Shown in pieces: positions 17,574 through 26,620 of a stretch of DNA of 42,330 nucleotides. Made by a program: the position numbers and the translations under genes. This DNA is from Bacteroidales bacterium (GTDB lineage Bacteria > Bacteroidota > Bacteroidia > Bacteroidales > VadinHA17): assembly GCA_049691735.1 (NCBI GenBank), contig JBAVOD010000217.1, forward strand, positions 1 to 42,330, written 5' to 3'. Position 1 is the stretch's first letter. Every line of letters starts with the position of its first letter. The notes under the pieces are model-generated. The model had not been told where the DNA came from and made no database searches. It saw only the letters and a program-made list of their open reading frames with translations.

Positions 17574-18799
17574 TGACACTCAGACTCTCCGGCATGGAGT
17601 CCGGGACTGCTCTTTATCGGTCGGACCGATATTTTAAAGTCAGAAGTGTGGTGCTAAGGTTGATCATAATTCAGTTAATTATCGTGCTGTCGGGGACAAT
17701 CTCATCAGGCCAGGTCCGCATCAGTCTATTCGCAAACCAGCAGCCGGGATCAGCTCTGTTTACTGTAACAGCCGGGAGGTATGAACTTACTCCCTATCCC
17801 GGAAATAAGATGCGGCTCGATACGGGTGAAATCATTGTCCTGGCGCTTTTTGATAACGCCATTGCAGTCAGAACCAGAAATTCGGAGGGCTTCCGGTGCG
17901 ATTCCCTCACTCTCAAAGGTATATCAGGAAGTCGGTTTGTTCTCAGGCCTGCAGGAAACGCGACCAGTCGGTTATACAGCGGAGATCTCGAATGTCTGCC
18001 CGACCTGGGCAAGCTTGTGCTTATCAACACCTGCGATATTGAGGAATATGTTGCTGGGGTGGTAATGGCAGAGGGAGGGTCAGGAAGAAATATCGAATAT
18101 CTGAAATCGCAGGCTCTTCTTGTCAGGAGCTATTTATACAAATACTCCGGCAGACACAGGCTCGACAGGTATAATCTGTGCGACAATACACATTGTCAGG
18201 TGTTTAATGGGGTCGTTACCGATAAACTTGTCCTGATGGCGGCCCTGTCAACAAAAGGGCTTGTTGTGCTTGACCGTGACAGTGTGCTTATAAACTCGGC
18301 ATTTCATTCAAACTGCGGGGGAGAGACCTCTGTTTCAGAGGATGTTTGGATCTCGGGTGGGAATTATCTCAAAAAAGTGATCGATCCCTACTGCGGCGCG
18401 ATGACTAACGCGCACTGGACCAAGACTCTTCCTCTGGCACAGTGGAAGGCATACCTCATAAAATCGGGCTATACTCCAGAGGGGGATGATCCGGAGGTTT
18501 ATAATTTTTCGCAACCGACAAGATTATCCGAATACAGGGCAGGAGCATTTTCGCTTCCCTTCACAAAGATCAGAAACGATCTGAACCTGCGGTCTTCATT
18601 TTTTTCGGTGGTTGTCCACCACGATTCTGTGGCATTAAATGGGCGGGGATACGGACATGGTGTGGGTTTATGCCAGGAAGGGGCAATGATAATGGCATCA
18701 AAAGGTTTTAAATACAACCAGATAATTAATTTTTACTTTTCGGATGTAATAATAACAGACGTCAAAAACATTAAAAACGGGATAAACACATTTCAGTGA
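17573..18799 (+). CDS. SpoIID/LytB domain-containing protein
   Basis: 408 aa. Motifs YVAGVVMAE, THCQVFNG, FHSNCGG and GHGVGLCQEGA. The start overlaps the lpxB stop by 1 nt (TGATG). Confidence 0.8.
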   Translation: MTLRLSGMESGTALYRSDRYFKVRSVVLRLIIIQLIIVLSGTISSGQVRISLFANQQPGSALFTVTAGRYELTPYPGNKMRLDTGEIIVLALFDNAIAVRTRNSEGFRCDSLTLKGISGSRFVLRPAGNATSRLYSGDLECLPDLGKLVLINTCDIEEYVAGVVMAEGGSGRNIEYLKSQALLVRSYLYKYSGRHRLDRYNLCDNTHCQVFNGVVTDKLVLMAALSTKGLVVLDRDSVLINSAFHSNCGGETSVSEDVWISGGNYLKKVIDPYCGAMTNAHWTKTLPLAQWKAYLIKSGYTPEGDDPEVYNFSQPTRLSEYRAGAFSLPFTKIRNDLNLRSSFFSVVVHHDSVALNGRGYGHGVGLCQEGAMIMASKGFKYNQIINFYFSDVIITDVKNIKNGINTFQ

Positions 18800-18823
18800 A
18801 TTATTCATTTTAAAAGTGTTTGC

Positions 18824-18831
18824 TATTTTTG
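18824..18831 (+). promoter_or_regulatory. Candidate -7 box TATTTTTG upstream of gldF
   Basis: Exact TAnnTTTG match 92 nt upstream of the gldF ATG. Confidence 0.3.
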
Positions 18832-18923
18832 TGGCTTCATTACGCCTGGGCAACGAGGGAGTGAGCTAAATTAGAAAATGCTTTTTCCTGAGGAGCAGAG
18901 GAGTGTAAATTGAAATAAATCAA

Positions 18924-19667
18924 ATGTTTGCAATTTTCAGAAAAGAGATAACCGGATTTTTCAGCAACCTTACAGGTTACATTGTGATCATAGTATTCCT
19001 GCTGATAAACTCTCTTTTCATGTGGGTATTCCCCGGCCAGTGGAACGTCCTTGAAAACGGATATGCCGGGCTTGATACGCTCTTCTTCCTTTCTCCCTGG
19101 GTCTTCCTGTTCCTTGTTCCTGCCGTGACGATGAAAATGATCGCCGAGGAAAAGCATTCCGGAACCGTCGAACTGATATATTCGAGGCCGGTGAATGAAC
19201 GAGGCATTGTCTACGGCAAGTACCTCGCTGCGGTTGCTCTTGTACTGCTGGCACTTATTCCGGGAATCATCTATTATGTTTCGATCTGGATTCTTGGCGA
19301 AACGCCGGGGAACCTCGATCGGGGAGGTACACTTGGCGCCTTTATCGGATTATTTTTTCTGGCTGCCGTTTATGCTTCGGCCGGCTTATTCGCCTCATCA
19401 CTAACTGATAACCAGGTAATTGCATTCATAATTGCAGTGCTGATCTCATTCTTCCTGTTCATGGGGTTCGATTCGTTTGCTTACCTGCCGGGGCTCAAAA
19501 AAGTTGATGAGCTCGTAATAAGGCTTGGCATTAACGAACATTACAAATCGATGAGCAGGGGAGTGCTCGATTTAAGGGATATAGTCTATTTCGCCGCTGT
19601 GGTTGTCATATTCAATGAAGCTACAAGGCTGGTTTTGCTTTCACGCAAATGGAGGAAAAAAAGCTGA
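18924..19667 (+). CDS. gldF: Gliding-motility-associated ABC transporter permease GldF
   Basis: 247 aa, multi-TM. N-terminus MFAIFRKEITGFFSNLTGYIVI resembles GldF. Followed 3 nt later by gldG. Confidence 0.8.
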   Translation: MFAIFRKEITGFFSNLTGYIVIIVFLLINSLFMWVFPGQWNVLENGYAGLDTLFFLSPWVFLFLVPAVTMKMIAEEKHSGTVELIYSRPVNERGIVYGKYLAAVALVLLALIPGIIYYVSIWILGETPGNLDRGGTLGAFIGLFFLAAVYASAGLFASSLTDNQVIAFIIAVLISFFLFMGFDSFAYLPGLKKVDELVIRLGINEHYKSMSRGVLDLRDIVYFAAVVVIFNEATRLVLLSRKWRKKS

Positions 19668-19670
19668 GGG

Positions 19671-21386
19671 ATGCAGGGTGCCGACAACATAAAAAACATA
19701 AGGACAAGAAGCTGGTTGCAGTTCGGATCGGTGATCGTAGCAGTCGTTTTTGTGGCAATGGCTGCCTCGCTGCTCAGGGTAAGGGTCGATCTGACTGAAG
19801 ATAAGAGATATACTCTGTCAGCGCCTACTCACAGAGTCCTTGAGGGCTTAAAAAAAGACATATTTGTCCAGGTATATCTTGACGGCGAGATGCCTATTCC
19901 TTTCAAGCGGCTCAAGCGCTCAGTCAGGGAAATGCTCGACGAATTCAGGATCGTGTCAGGCCGCAGGGTCGACTTTGATTTTATCAATCCCTTTGAATCG
20001 TCCGATCCAAAAGAAAGGGATAAGCAGTATCAATCCCTGATGGCAAAGGGATTAAGCCCGATAAACATCCAGGCTGCCGACAATGAGGGCGGCAAAAGCC
20101 AGAAGATCATATTTCCTGGATTGATCATCAATTATAACGGGATAGAGGTTCCTGTCAATTTCCTGAAGAACAATCCATCGGTATCGGCTGAGGAAAACCT
20201 TCTGCACTCAACTGAGGGACTGGAATATGAACTGATCCAGACAATTGCAACGTTAAGCTCCGATACTGTTTACAGGATCGCTTTTCTGGAGGGCCAGGAT
20301 GAACTGCCCGAAGCTGAGGTTGCGGATATTACAATGAACCTGGCAAAATTCTTTACGATCGACAGGGGTTCAATCGGTGACGATCCTGCGATACTCGACA
20401 AATACGCCGCAGTCATAGTTGCGGGACCTGAAAAGGAATTCACTGAAAAAGACAAATTTATTCTCGACCAGTACATCATGAAGGGGGGCCGGGTGATGTG
20501 GCTCATCGATGAGGTGAAAGTAAGTTCCGACAGCCTGGCCTCGGGGGAAACTGCAGCACTCTACCGGCCCCTGAACATTGAGGACCAGCTCTTCAGGTAC
20601 GGTGCAAGGATAAATCCGGTCATTCTGCAGGATCTTGAATGTGTTTACATCAGGCTTACCGTAATGAGCGGCGGTACGCGCCAGCAGGTAGTACCCGCTC
20701 CATGGCTCTATTTCCCGAAGCTGATCCCCGACCAGAAACACCCCATAACGAGGAACCTGAACAGAGTTAAGGGCGAATATGCAGGCTATATTGATACAGT
20801 AGGGCTGGACGGTAATATCAGGAAGACCATTCTTCTGTCAACGTCATCTTATGCACGAACCCTGTCGCCTCCGTTCATGATCAGCCTCAGGGAAGCTGAG
20901 TCACCGCCCGACGAAAGAGAATTCACCAGATCGAACCTTCCGGTGGCTCTCCTACTTGAGGGCAGATTCCCGTCCGCATTCAGGAACAGGATCACAGGCA
21001 ACCTGGTAAATATGCCTGCGGCAGAAGTAAAGAACATAAGTGCTGAGACGAAGATGGTTGTTATCGCTGACGGAGCTATAATCAGGAATGAGGTCCGGCG
21101 TGTAGGCTCGCAGGAAACGCCTCTGCCGCTTGGGCAGGACCGCTACACCGGAGAAATGTACGGCAACCGGGATTTTCTGATCAATTGCCTCAATTATATG
21201 GTCGATAACAACGGAATAATGGCCCTCAGATCCAGGGAACTCAAGCTCAGACTGCTTGACAGTTCAAGGATCAAGAAGGAAAAGGTCATGTGGCAGCTTA
21301 TCAATATCATAGGCCCGGTGCTCCTTGTCGGTCTGGCCGGACTTTTATACGGATACTTCAGAAAAAGGAAATATACAAGGGGCTGA
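19671..21386 (+). CDS. gldG: Gliding-associated ABC transporter substrate-binding component GldG
   Basis: 571 aa with N- and C-terminal TM anchors. Size and position after gldF match GldG. Confidence 0.8.
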   Translation: MQGADNIKNIRTRSWLQFGSVIVAVVFVAMAASLLRVRVDLTEDKRYTLSAPTHRVLEGLKKDIFVQVYLDGEMPIPFKRLKRSVREMLDEFRIVSGRRVDFDFINPFESSDPKERDKQYQSLMAKGLSPINIQAADNEGGKSQKIIFPGLIINYNGIEVPVNFLKNNPSVSAEENLLHSTEGLEYELIQTIATLSSDTVYRIAFLEGQDELPEAEVADITMNLAKFFTIDRGSIGDDPAILDKYAAVIVAGPEKEFTEKDKFILDQYIMKGGRVMWLIDEVKVSSDSLASGETAALYRPLNIEDQLFRYGARINPVILQDLECVYIRLTVMSGGTRQQVVPAPWLYFPKLIPDQKHPITRNLNRVKGEYAGYIDTVGLDGNIRKTILLSTSSYARTLSPPFMISLREAESPPDEREFTRSNLPVALLLEGRFPSAFRNRITGNLVNMPAAEVKNISAETKMVVIADGAIIRNEVRRVGSQETPLPLGQDRYTGEMYGNRDFLINCLNYMVDNNGIMALRSRELKLRLLDSSRIKKEKVMWQLINIIGPVLLVGLAGLLYGYFRKRKYTRG

Positions 21387-21388
21387 AC

Positions 21389-22354
21389 ATGACCAGAAAA
21401 TTAGTCGGGTATGCTTTGTTTTTACTGCCGGTAATTATAGTGACCTTGCTTATATTCAGACAAAGGTCCCCTTTCGGAGGAGATAGCTCTTTTACAATAA
21501 ATCCGGGAGCAGAGATCACACGAATTGAATTCTCCGACAGGTCAAATTCACTCTCGCTTGAGAAAAAAGGCAATGAGTGGCTTGTCAATAGCAAATATGA
21601 GACGAGGAGGAACAGTGTGCTTTTCGTACTTGAGGTTCTCAGGAAAATGGCGCTCAAGTCACCTGTTTCCCCCGAACTTTTCAAAAAAGAGATCACTGAC
21701 AGGGGGATTAAACCTGTCAGGGTAAGGGTTTTTAGTGAAAGAAAGCTTCTCAAATCATTTTTTGTTTACAAAACACAGTCGAACATTTACGGCAACATCA
21801 TGAAGCTCCGGGAAGGATCCAAGCCTTTTATCATATATGTACCCGGCGACGAGGTGAATATCGGTTCAGTTTTTACAATGAATGAATTATACTGGCAGCC
21901 TTTCGTGGTGTTCAGCCTGCTCCCGTCAGAAATTGCATCGGTTAACGTTGAGAACGTGAATGAACCGGTGTCATCATTTTCGATCAGCAATGAAGCTGGA
22001 GGGCCGGTTCTGTCCGGTTCCGGAAAGCCGCTGACAGGATGGGACAGCGGGAGGGTCGAACGCTACCTGTCATACTTCTCACATGTTCCTTTCGAATCAT
22101 GGGCATTTGATCTCTCATCGGCAGAAAGGGCGCAGATTGACCGGCAACAGCCGGTTTATACGATCAGTGTAAGAATGACATCCGGCGCGACACTGACACT
22201 TGATCTCCTTGAACGCTTTACAGGTGAGAACGGAACCAGGAAGAAGGACACTGACCGGCTTTGGGCCAGGACAAATGCAAGAGATGAAATTTTCATTATC
22301 AGGTACCTTGATATTGATCCGCTGCTCAAAAAGCGTTCATATTTCTACCCGTGA
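21389..22354 (+). CDS. DUF4340-like membrane-anchored protein (commonly follows gldG)
   Basis: The ATG at 21389 (MTRKLVGYALFLLPVIIV) lies 2 nt after the gldG stop. The track ORF start at 21290 lies inside gldG. The DUF assignment is from memory of synteny. Confidence 0.6.
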   Translation: MTRKLVGYALFLLPVIIVTLLIFRQRSPFGGDSSFTINPGAEITRIEFSDRSNSLSLEKKGNEWLVNSKYETRRNSVLFVLEVLRKMALKSPVSPELFKKEITDRGIKPVRVRVFSERKLLKSFFVYKTQSNIYGNIMKLREGSKPFIIYVPGDEVNIGSVFTMNELYWQPFVVFSLLPSEIASVNVENVNEPVSSFSISNEAGGPVLSGSGKPLTGWDSGRVERYLSYFSHVPFESWAFDLSSAERAQIDRQQPVYTISVRMTSGATLTLDLLERFTGENGTRKKDTDRLWARTNARDEIFIIRYLDIDPLLKKRSYFYP

Positions 22355-22489
22355 TTGATGCTTTTTGTTTGAGTATGAATGAATTTTTTCGTAATATTGA
22401 TACTTCGGAATGAAAGATAATTATTACTGCAACTCACTATTTGTGAGCCGGTAACTTAAAATCTCGGATTAACTTAAACCAACTTTGAA

Positions 22490-23620
22490 ATGAAATTTGT
22501 AGTTTCCAGTACAGAACTTCTTGGTCATCTGCAGGCTATCAGCAGGGTAATAAGCTCGAAGAACACATTACCCATTCTTGATAACTTCCTTTTCAGCCTT
22601 ACCGGAAATGATCTTGAAATAACAGCATCCGACCTTGAATCTACCCTGATAACCAGGATGAAGCTTGAAAACGCAAGCGGGGACGGAACTGTTGCACTTC
22701 CGGCAAGAATACTTCTTGAAACCCTGAAGGAATTTTCGATGCAACCACTTGCCTTTGACATAAATCCGGATACTCTTGCACTGGAAATTACTTCTGAAAA
22801 TGGTAAATTCAATGTTGTGGGTCAGAACGGTATTGATTTTCCGGCTTTACCGGCAATCAAGAAAGACAGAAAATTCTCATTTACAATAAATGCCGGTATT
22901 CTGCTTGCAGGTATTGGCAAGACCCTGTTCGCCACAGCTGACGATGAACTGCGGCCTGTCATGGGGGGAGTTTTTGTTGAAGCTTCGACAGACAAGCTGA
23001 CGTTCGTAGCGTCAGATGCCCATAAGCTTGTCAGGTACCAGCGCAGCGATGCCAAATCGGATGATAATGCATCGTTTATCCTTCCGAAAAAGCCTGCCTC
23101 GTTGCTGAAGAATATCCTTCCGCGCGAAGAGGGGACGGTCACAGTTGAATTTGACGATAAGAATGCATTCTTCAACCTGAGTAATTATAAAGTTGTATGC
23201 CGACTCGTGGAAGGCAATTACCCGAATTACAATTCAGTTATTCCTAAAAACAATCCCAGGAAAATCACTATTGACAGGGTAGAATTCTATAACACTCTGA
23301 AGCGCGTATCGGTCTTCTCCAATCAGGCAAGCAACCTGGTCAAGCTTCAGCTCAATGGCAACCAGGCTATGGTATCGGCCCAGGATATAGACTTCTCGAT
23401 CTCAGCGTATGAAAAGATCAAATGCCAATATGAGGGCGAAGATCTGGAAATCGGATTCAAGTCGGTATTCCTGCTTGAAATACTGGCCAACATCTCTTCC
23501 CAGGATGTAATGATCGAGCTGGCAGATCCGACGCGTGCCGGACTTTTCCTGCCGGGTGAGACTGAAAATGAGTCGGAAGACCTTCTGATGCTTCTTATGC
23601 CAATGATGATAAATGCCTGA
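22490..23620 (+). CDS. dnaN: DNA polymerase III beta sliding clamp
   Basis: 376 aa. N-terminus MKFVVSSTELL and C-terminal LLMPMMI. Three-domain length. Confidence 0.95.
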   Translation: MKFVVSSTELLGHLQAISRVISSKNTLPILDNFLFSLTGNDLEITASDLESTLITRMKLENASGDGTVALPARILLETLKEFSMQPLAFDINPDTLALEITSENGKFNVVGQNGIDFPALPAIKKDRKFSFTINAGILLAGIGKTLFATADDELRPVMGGVFVEASTDKLTFVASDAHKLVRYQRSDAKSDDNASFILPKKPASLLKNILPREEGTVTVEFDDKNAFFNLSNYKVVCRLVEGNYPNYNSVIPKNNPRKITIDRVEFYNTLKRVSVFSNQASNLVKLQLNGNQAMVSAQDIDFSISAYEKIKCQYEGEDLEIGFKSVFLLEILANISSQDVMIELADPTRAGLFLPGETENESEDLLMLLMPMMINA

Positions 23621-23623
23621 TAA

Positions 23624-24403
23624 TTGGAACTGAACCTTCGAAAACCTATTGCATTTATTGATATCGAAACGACAGGCATTAACGTTTCGGCCGACAGGAT
23701 TGTGGAACTTTCAGTCCTGAAGATCAGCCCGAACGGGAACGAGGAGTGGATGATCACCAGGATCAATCCCGAAATGCCAATCCCGCCGAAATCGACTGCT
23801 ATCCACGGAATAACAGATAAGGATGTTGCCGGTGAACCGACATTCAGGGAGATTGCAAAGAAGCTGGCGGCATTCCTCGAAGGATGCGACCTGGCAGGCT
23901 ATAACGCCATAAAATTTGACATTCCGGTAATCGCAGAAGAATTCCTGCGTGCAAATGTTGAATTCAATCTCAGGAAAAGAAAATACATAGATCCCCAGGT
24001 TATTTTCTACAAGAAGGAACAGCGGACCCTGACGGCAGCCTACCAGTTCTATTGCAGCAGGGATCTTAAAAATGCCCATAGCTCAAAGGCAGATGTCGAA
24101 GCTACATATGAAGTTCTCAAGGCACAGCTCGACAGGTACGGCGACCTTGATAACGACATGGAAAAGCTTGCGGACTTCAGCTCGTTCAATAATATTGCAG
24201 ATTTTGCAGGCCGGATCGTTTATGACGAAAACGGTACCGAGCTCTTTAATTTCGGGAAGCACAAGGGAAAGGTTGTCGAAGAGGTGTTTAAGGAAGAGCC
24301 TTCCTATTATTCCTGGATGATGAACGGCGATTTCCCGCTTTATACCAAAAAACTGCTTACTGAGATAAAGCTCAGGTCATTCGGCAAAGGTCAGCAGGGA
24401 TGA
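23624..24403 (+). CDS. DnaQ/epsilon-like 3'-5' exonuclease with a C-terminal DUF3820-like extension
   Basis: 259 aa. ExoI motif FIDIETTG and ExoIII motif HSSKADVEATYEV. A TTG start is forced because the double stop TGATAA sits immediately upstream and no ATG precedes the ExoI motif. Confidence 0.85.
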   Translation: MELNLRKPIAFIDIETTGINVSADRIVELSVLKISPNGNEEWMITRINPEMPIPPKSTAIHGITDKDVAGEPTFREIAKKLAAFLEGCDLAGYNAIKFDIPVIAEEFLRANVEFNLRKRKYIDPQVIFYKKEQRTLTAAYQFYCSRDLKNAHSSKADVEATYEVLKAQLDRYGDLDNDMEKLADFSSFNNIADFAGRIVYDENGTELFNFGKHKGKVVEEVFKEEPSYYSWMMNGDFPLYTKKLLTEIKLRSFGKGQQG

Positions 24404-25011
24404 AAATAATTTGCATTGGACTGAATTACAGGAAACATGCTGTTGAGATGGGACGCCCCTTCCCCGAAAGTCCGGTGGTGTTCCTTAAGCCCGATTCGGC
24501 AATACTGAAGAATAACAAACCGTATTTTCTGCCCGGCTTCTCTTCCGTCATTCATTACGAGGTGGAGGTAGTTGTGAAGATATCGAGGCTGGGCAAAAGT
24601 ATAGCACCCGAATTTGCATCCCGCTACTATGATGAAGTGACAACAGGCATCGACATTACAGCCAGGGACCTTCAGGACGACCTTTCAAAAAAAGGTCTGC
24701 CATGGGAACTTTCAAAAGGATTCGATGGTGCAGCCCCGTTAGGAAAATTTGTTCCTGTAAGCACATTCAAAAATCCGGACGATCTCCGCTTCCGGCTTGA
24801 GATCAATAACAGGATAGTGCAGGAAAGCAGCACTTCCGACATGATATTCAGCATTAACGAAATTATTTCATTTGTCTCCCGCTTCTTCACCCTGAAGACC
24901 GGCGACCTTATCTTTACCGGAACACCATCGGGCGTTGGTCCCCTTAAAAAGGATGACAACCTCGTTGCATACCTCGAAGATATGCCTCTGCTTGATTTTA
25001 TGATAAGGTAA
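24400..25011 (+). CDS. Fumarylacetoacetate hydrolase (FAH) family protein
   Basis: 203 aa. Motifs IGLNYRKHAVEMG and GDLIFTGTPSGVGPL. Confidence 0.85.
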   Translation: MKIICIGLNYRKHAVEMGRPFPESPVVFLKPDSAILKNNKPYFLPGFSSVIHYEVEVVVKISRLGKSIAPEFASRYYDEVTTGIDITARDLQDDLSKKGLPWELSKGFDGAAPLGKFVPVSTFKNPDDLRFRLEINNRIVQESSTSDMIFSINEIISFVSRFFTLKTGDLIFTGTPSGVGPLKKDDNLVAYLEDMPLLDFMIR

Positions 25012-25089
25012 CCGTATCTCTGCACCGACTCCGAACCTTCACATCCTGAAATTGTTTAACAAAGGATGGAAAAGCTTAATTCATAACAT

Positions 25090-26025
25090 ATGCAAACAAT
25101 CCTTGGAGCCGGAGGTGCCATTGGAAAAATACTTGCCAGGGAGCTTCCCAGATATACCTGCAAGATCAGGCTTGTAAGCCGTAATCCGCAGAAAGTCAAC
25201 AGTACCGATGAGATCATAGCTGCCAATCTGTTTGAGCCGGGGGTTATCGACAGGGTTGTCAGTAACTCAGAGGTCGTTTACCTTGTTGTTGGGCTGGAGT
25301 ACAAACTGAAAGTCTGGCAGGAAAGATGGCCGGTAATGATCAGGGAACTGATTGAAGCCTGCAGCATTAACAGGACACGCCTGGTCTTTTTTGACAATGT
25401 GTATGCATACAGCAGGGATTCGATTCCCCATATGACCGAAGATTCGCCCATGGACCCTCCAAGCAGGAAGGGGGTTGTGCGAAGAGAAATAGCCCTTATG
25501 CTTCTGGAGGCAATGAAAGAAAAAAAAGTCGCTGCACTGATTGCGCGGGCGGCTGATTTTTATGGTCCCGGCAACAGGAACAGTATCGTGAACGAGCTTG
25601 TCGTAAAAAACCTCGCTGCAGGGAGGCGTGCCATGTGGTTTATGGACAAATCCAAAAAACATTCGCTTACATATACTCCCGACGCTGCCAGAGCCACAGC
25701 GATTCTCGGTAATACTCCCGGTGCATTCGGAAAGGTATGGCATCTGCCTACTGACAGCAATACACTCACAGGAGCAGAGTTAATAAGGATGTTTGCAAAC
25801 GAGCTGAAAGTGAAGGACCGCTCCATGGTAATGCCAATGTGGATGATAAAGGCTTCGGGACTTGTCATGCCGGTAATGAAGGAGATGCCGGAAATGATGT
25901 ACCAGTATGAGGACGACTACATCTTCAATTCATCGAGATTTGAGGACCAGTTCGGGATGAAGCCTACGCCTTACGCGGATGGAATAAGGGAAACCTGCAG
26001 TGAATTCCTGATAAACCGCGGGTAA
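25090..26025 (+). CDS. NAD(P)-dependent epimerase/dehydratase-type SDR
   Basis: 311 aa. N-terminal Rossmann motif ILGAGGAIG. Confidence 0.8.
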   Translation: MQTILGAGGAIGKILARELPRYTCKIRLVSRNPQKVNSTDEIIAANLFEPGVIDRVVSNSEVVYLVVGLEYKLKVWQERWPVMIRELIEACSINRTRLVFFDNVYAYSRDSIPHMTEDSPMDPPSRKGVVRREIALMLLEAMKEKKVAALIARAADFYGPGNRNSIVNELVVKNLAAGRRAMWFMDKSKKHSLTYTPDAARATAILGNTPGAFGKVWHLPTDSNTLTGAELIRMFANELKVKDRSMVMPMWMIKASGLVMPVMKEMPEMMYQYEDDYIFNSSRFEDQFGMKPTPYADGIRETCSEFLINRG

Positions 26026-26169
26026 TCAGGCAAAATTATTACAGCTGAAGCTTGCCGTTCCAGACATCCTCGAGGGCATATCTGCCTGCTAAAAGGTCCC
26101 ATAACCTTATTTTTCTTTGAATTTTAATGCATTCTGTATAGCTTTAAAAAATATTTAATACCTGAAGAC

Positions 26170-26361
26170 ATGGGAAACTTTGGAGCGACTGAAATAATTC
26201 TTATACTGCTTGTTGTTGTTCTTCTTTTCGGCGGACGCAAGATCCCTGAATTGATGAAAGGAATTGGACAGGGCCTGAAGGACTTTAAGAAGGCTTCAAG
26301 GGTTGAAGATGAACCTGAAAAGATGAAAGCTGAGCCGAAAGACGAAACTAAAAAGGAATAA
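26170..26361 (+). CDS. tatA: Twin-arginine translocase TatA/TatE
   Basis: 63 aa. GATEIILILLVVVLLFGGRKIPELMKGIGQGLKDFKK is the canonical TatA TM segment plus amphipathic helix. Confidence 0.9.
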   Translation: MGNFGATEIILILLVVVLLFGGRKIPELMKGIGQGLKDFKKASRVEDEPEKMKAEPKDETKKE

Positions 26362-26393
26362 GGTTCATGAAATAAGGCGGTAAATTGATCTTC

Positions 26394-26570
26394 CGCGTTT
26401 CAATATTTGCTGAGGCTGTCTCAAAAGGCCTCGCGTTTGGTTTACCCCTGAATCCCCTGCTTTGCTCTACTGTAGCGGCTACGCGGCGCGTCGTCGGTGC
26501 TTCGTCGCTGAAGCATTGAAGCGTAAGTGACAAGCCTTTGGCGGCCGATGGAAGGCGAAGAAGGGGACTT
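26394..26570. other. GC- and CpG-rich structured noncoding island
   Basis: Small hairpins: 26412-26432 (GAGGC/GCCTC), 26498-26515 (TGCTTC/GAAGCA) and 26534-26556 (GCCTT/AAGGC). Direct repeats: CGCGTTT x2 and CCCCTG x2. No credible ORF. The composition is visibly richer in G+C and CG dinucleotides than the flanks. Minus strand 26496-26531 resembles the element at 153-206. Confidence 0.45.
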
Positions 26571-26620
26571 GCAGATAACCAACAAATTTATTAACCTCTA
26601 CCACAAGCCGGTACTGTAAA

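Noticed and set aside
18757-18780. The SpoIID-like protein and XdhC both end with the hexapeptide VKNIKN, encoded by nearly identical DNA (aaaaacattaaRaac; the second copy is at 30176-30190)
   Set aside because: The match is a 15-nt A-rich stretch with one mismatch. About one such hexapeptide coincidence is expected among the roughly 13,000 residues encoded here. The flanking sequence shows no similarity.
22355-22489. Possible replication origin upstream of dnaN
   Set aside because: No dnaA gene is adjacent, and I found no TTATCCACA-type DnaA boxes or AT-rich 13-mer cluster in the 135-bp spacer.
26348-26533. 61-aa minus-strand ORF overlapping the tatA stop and the GC-rich island
   Set aside because: The translation (…APTTRRVAATVEQSRGFRG…) looks like a read-through of a GC-rich repeat. 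Its 3' end overlaps the end of tatA antisense, and there is no supporting signal.
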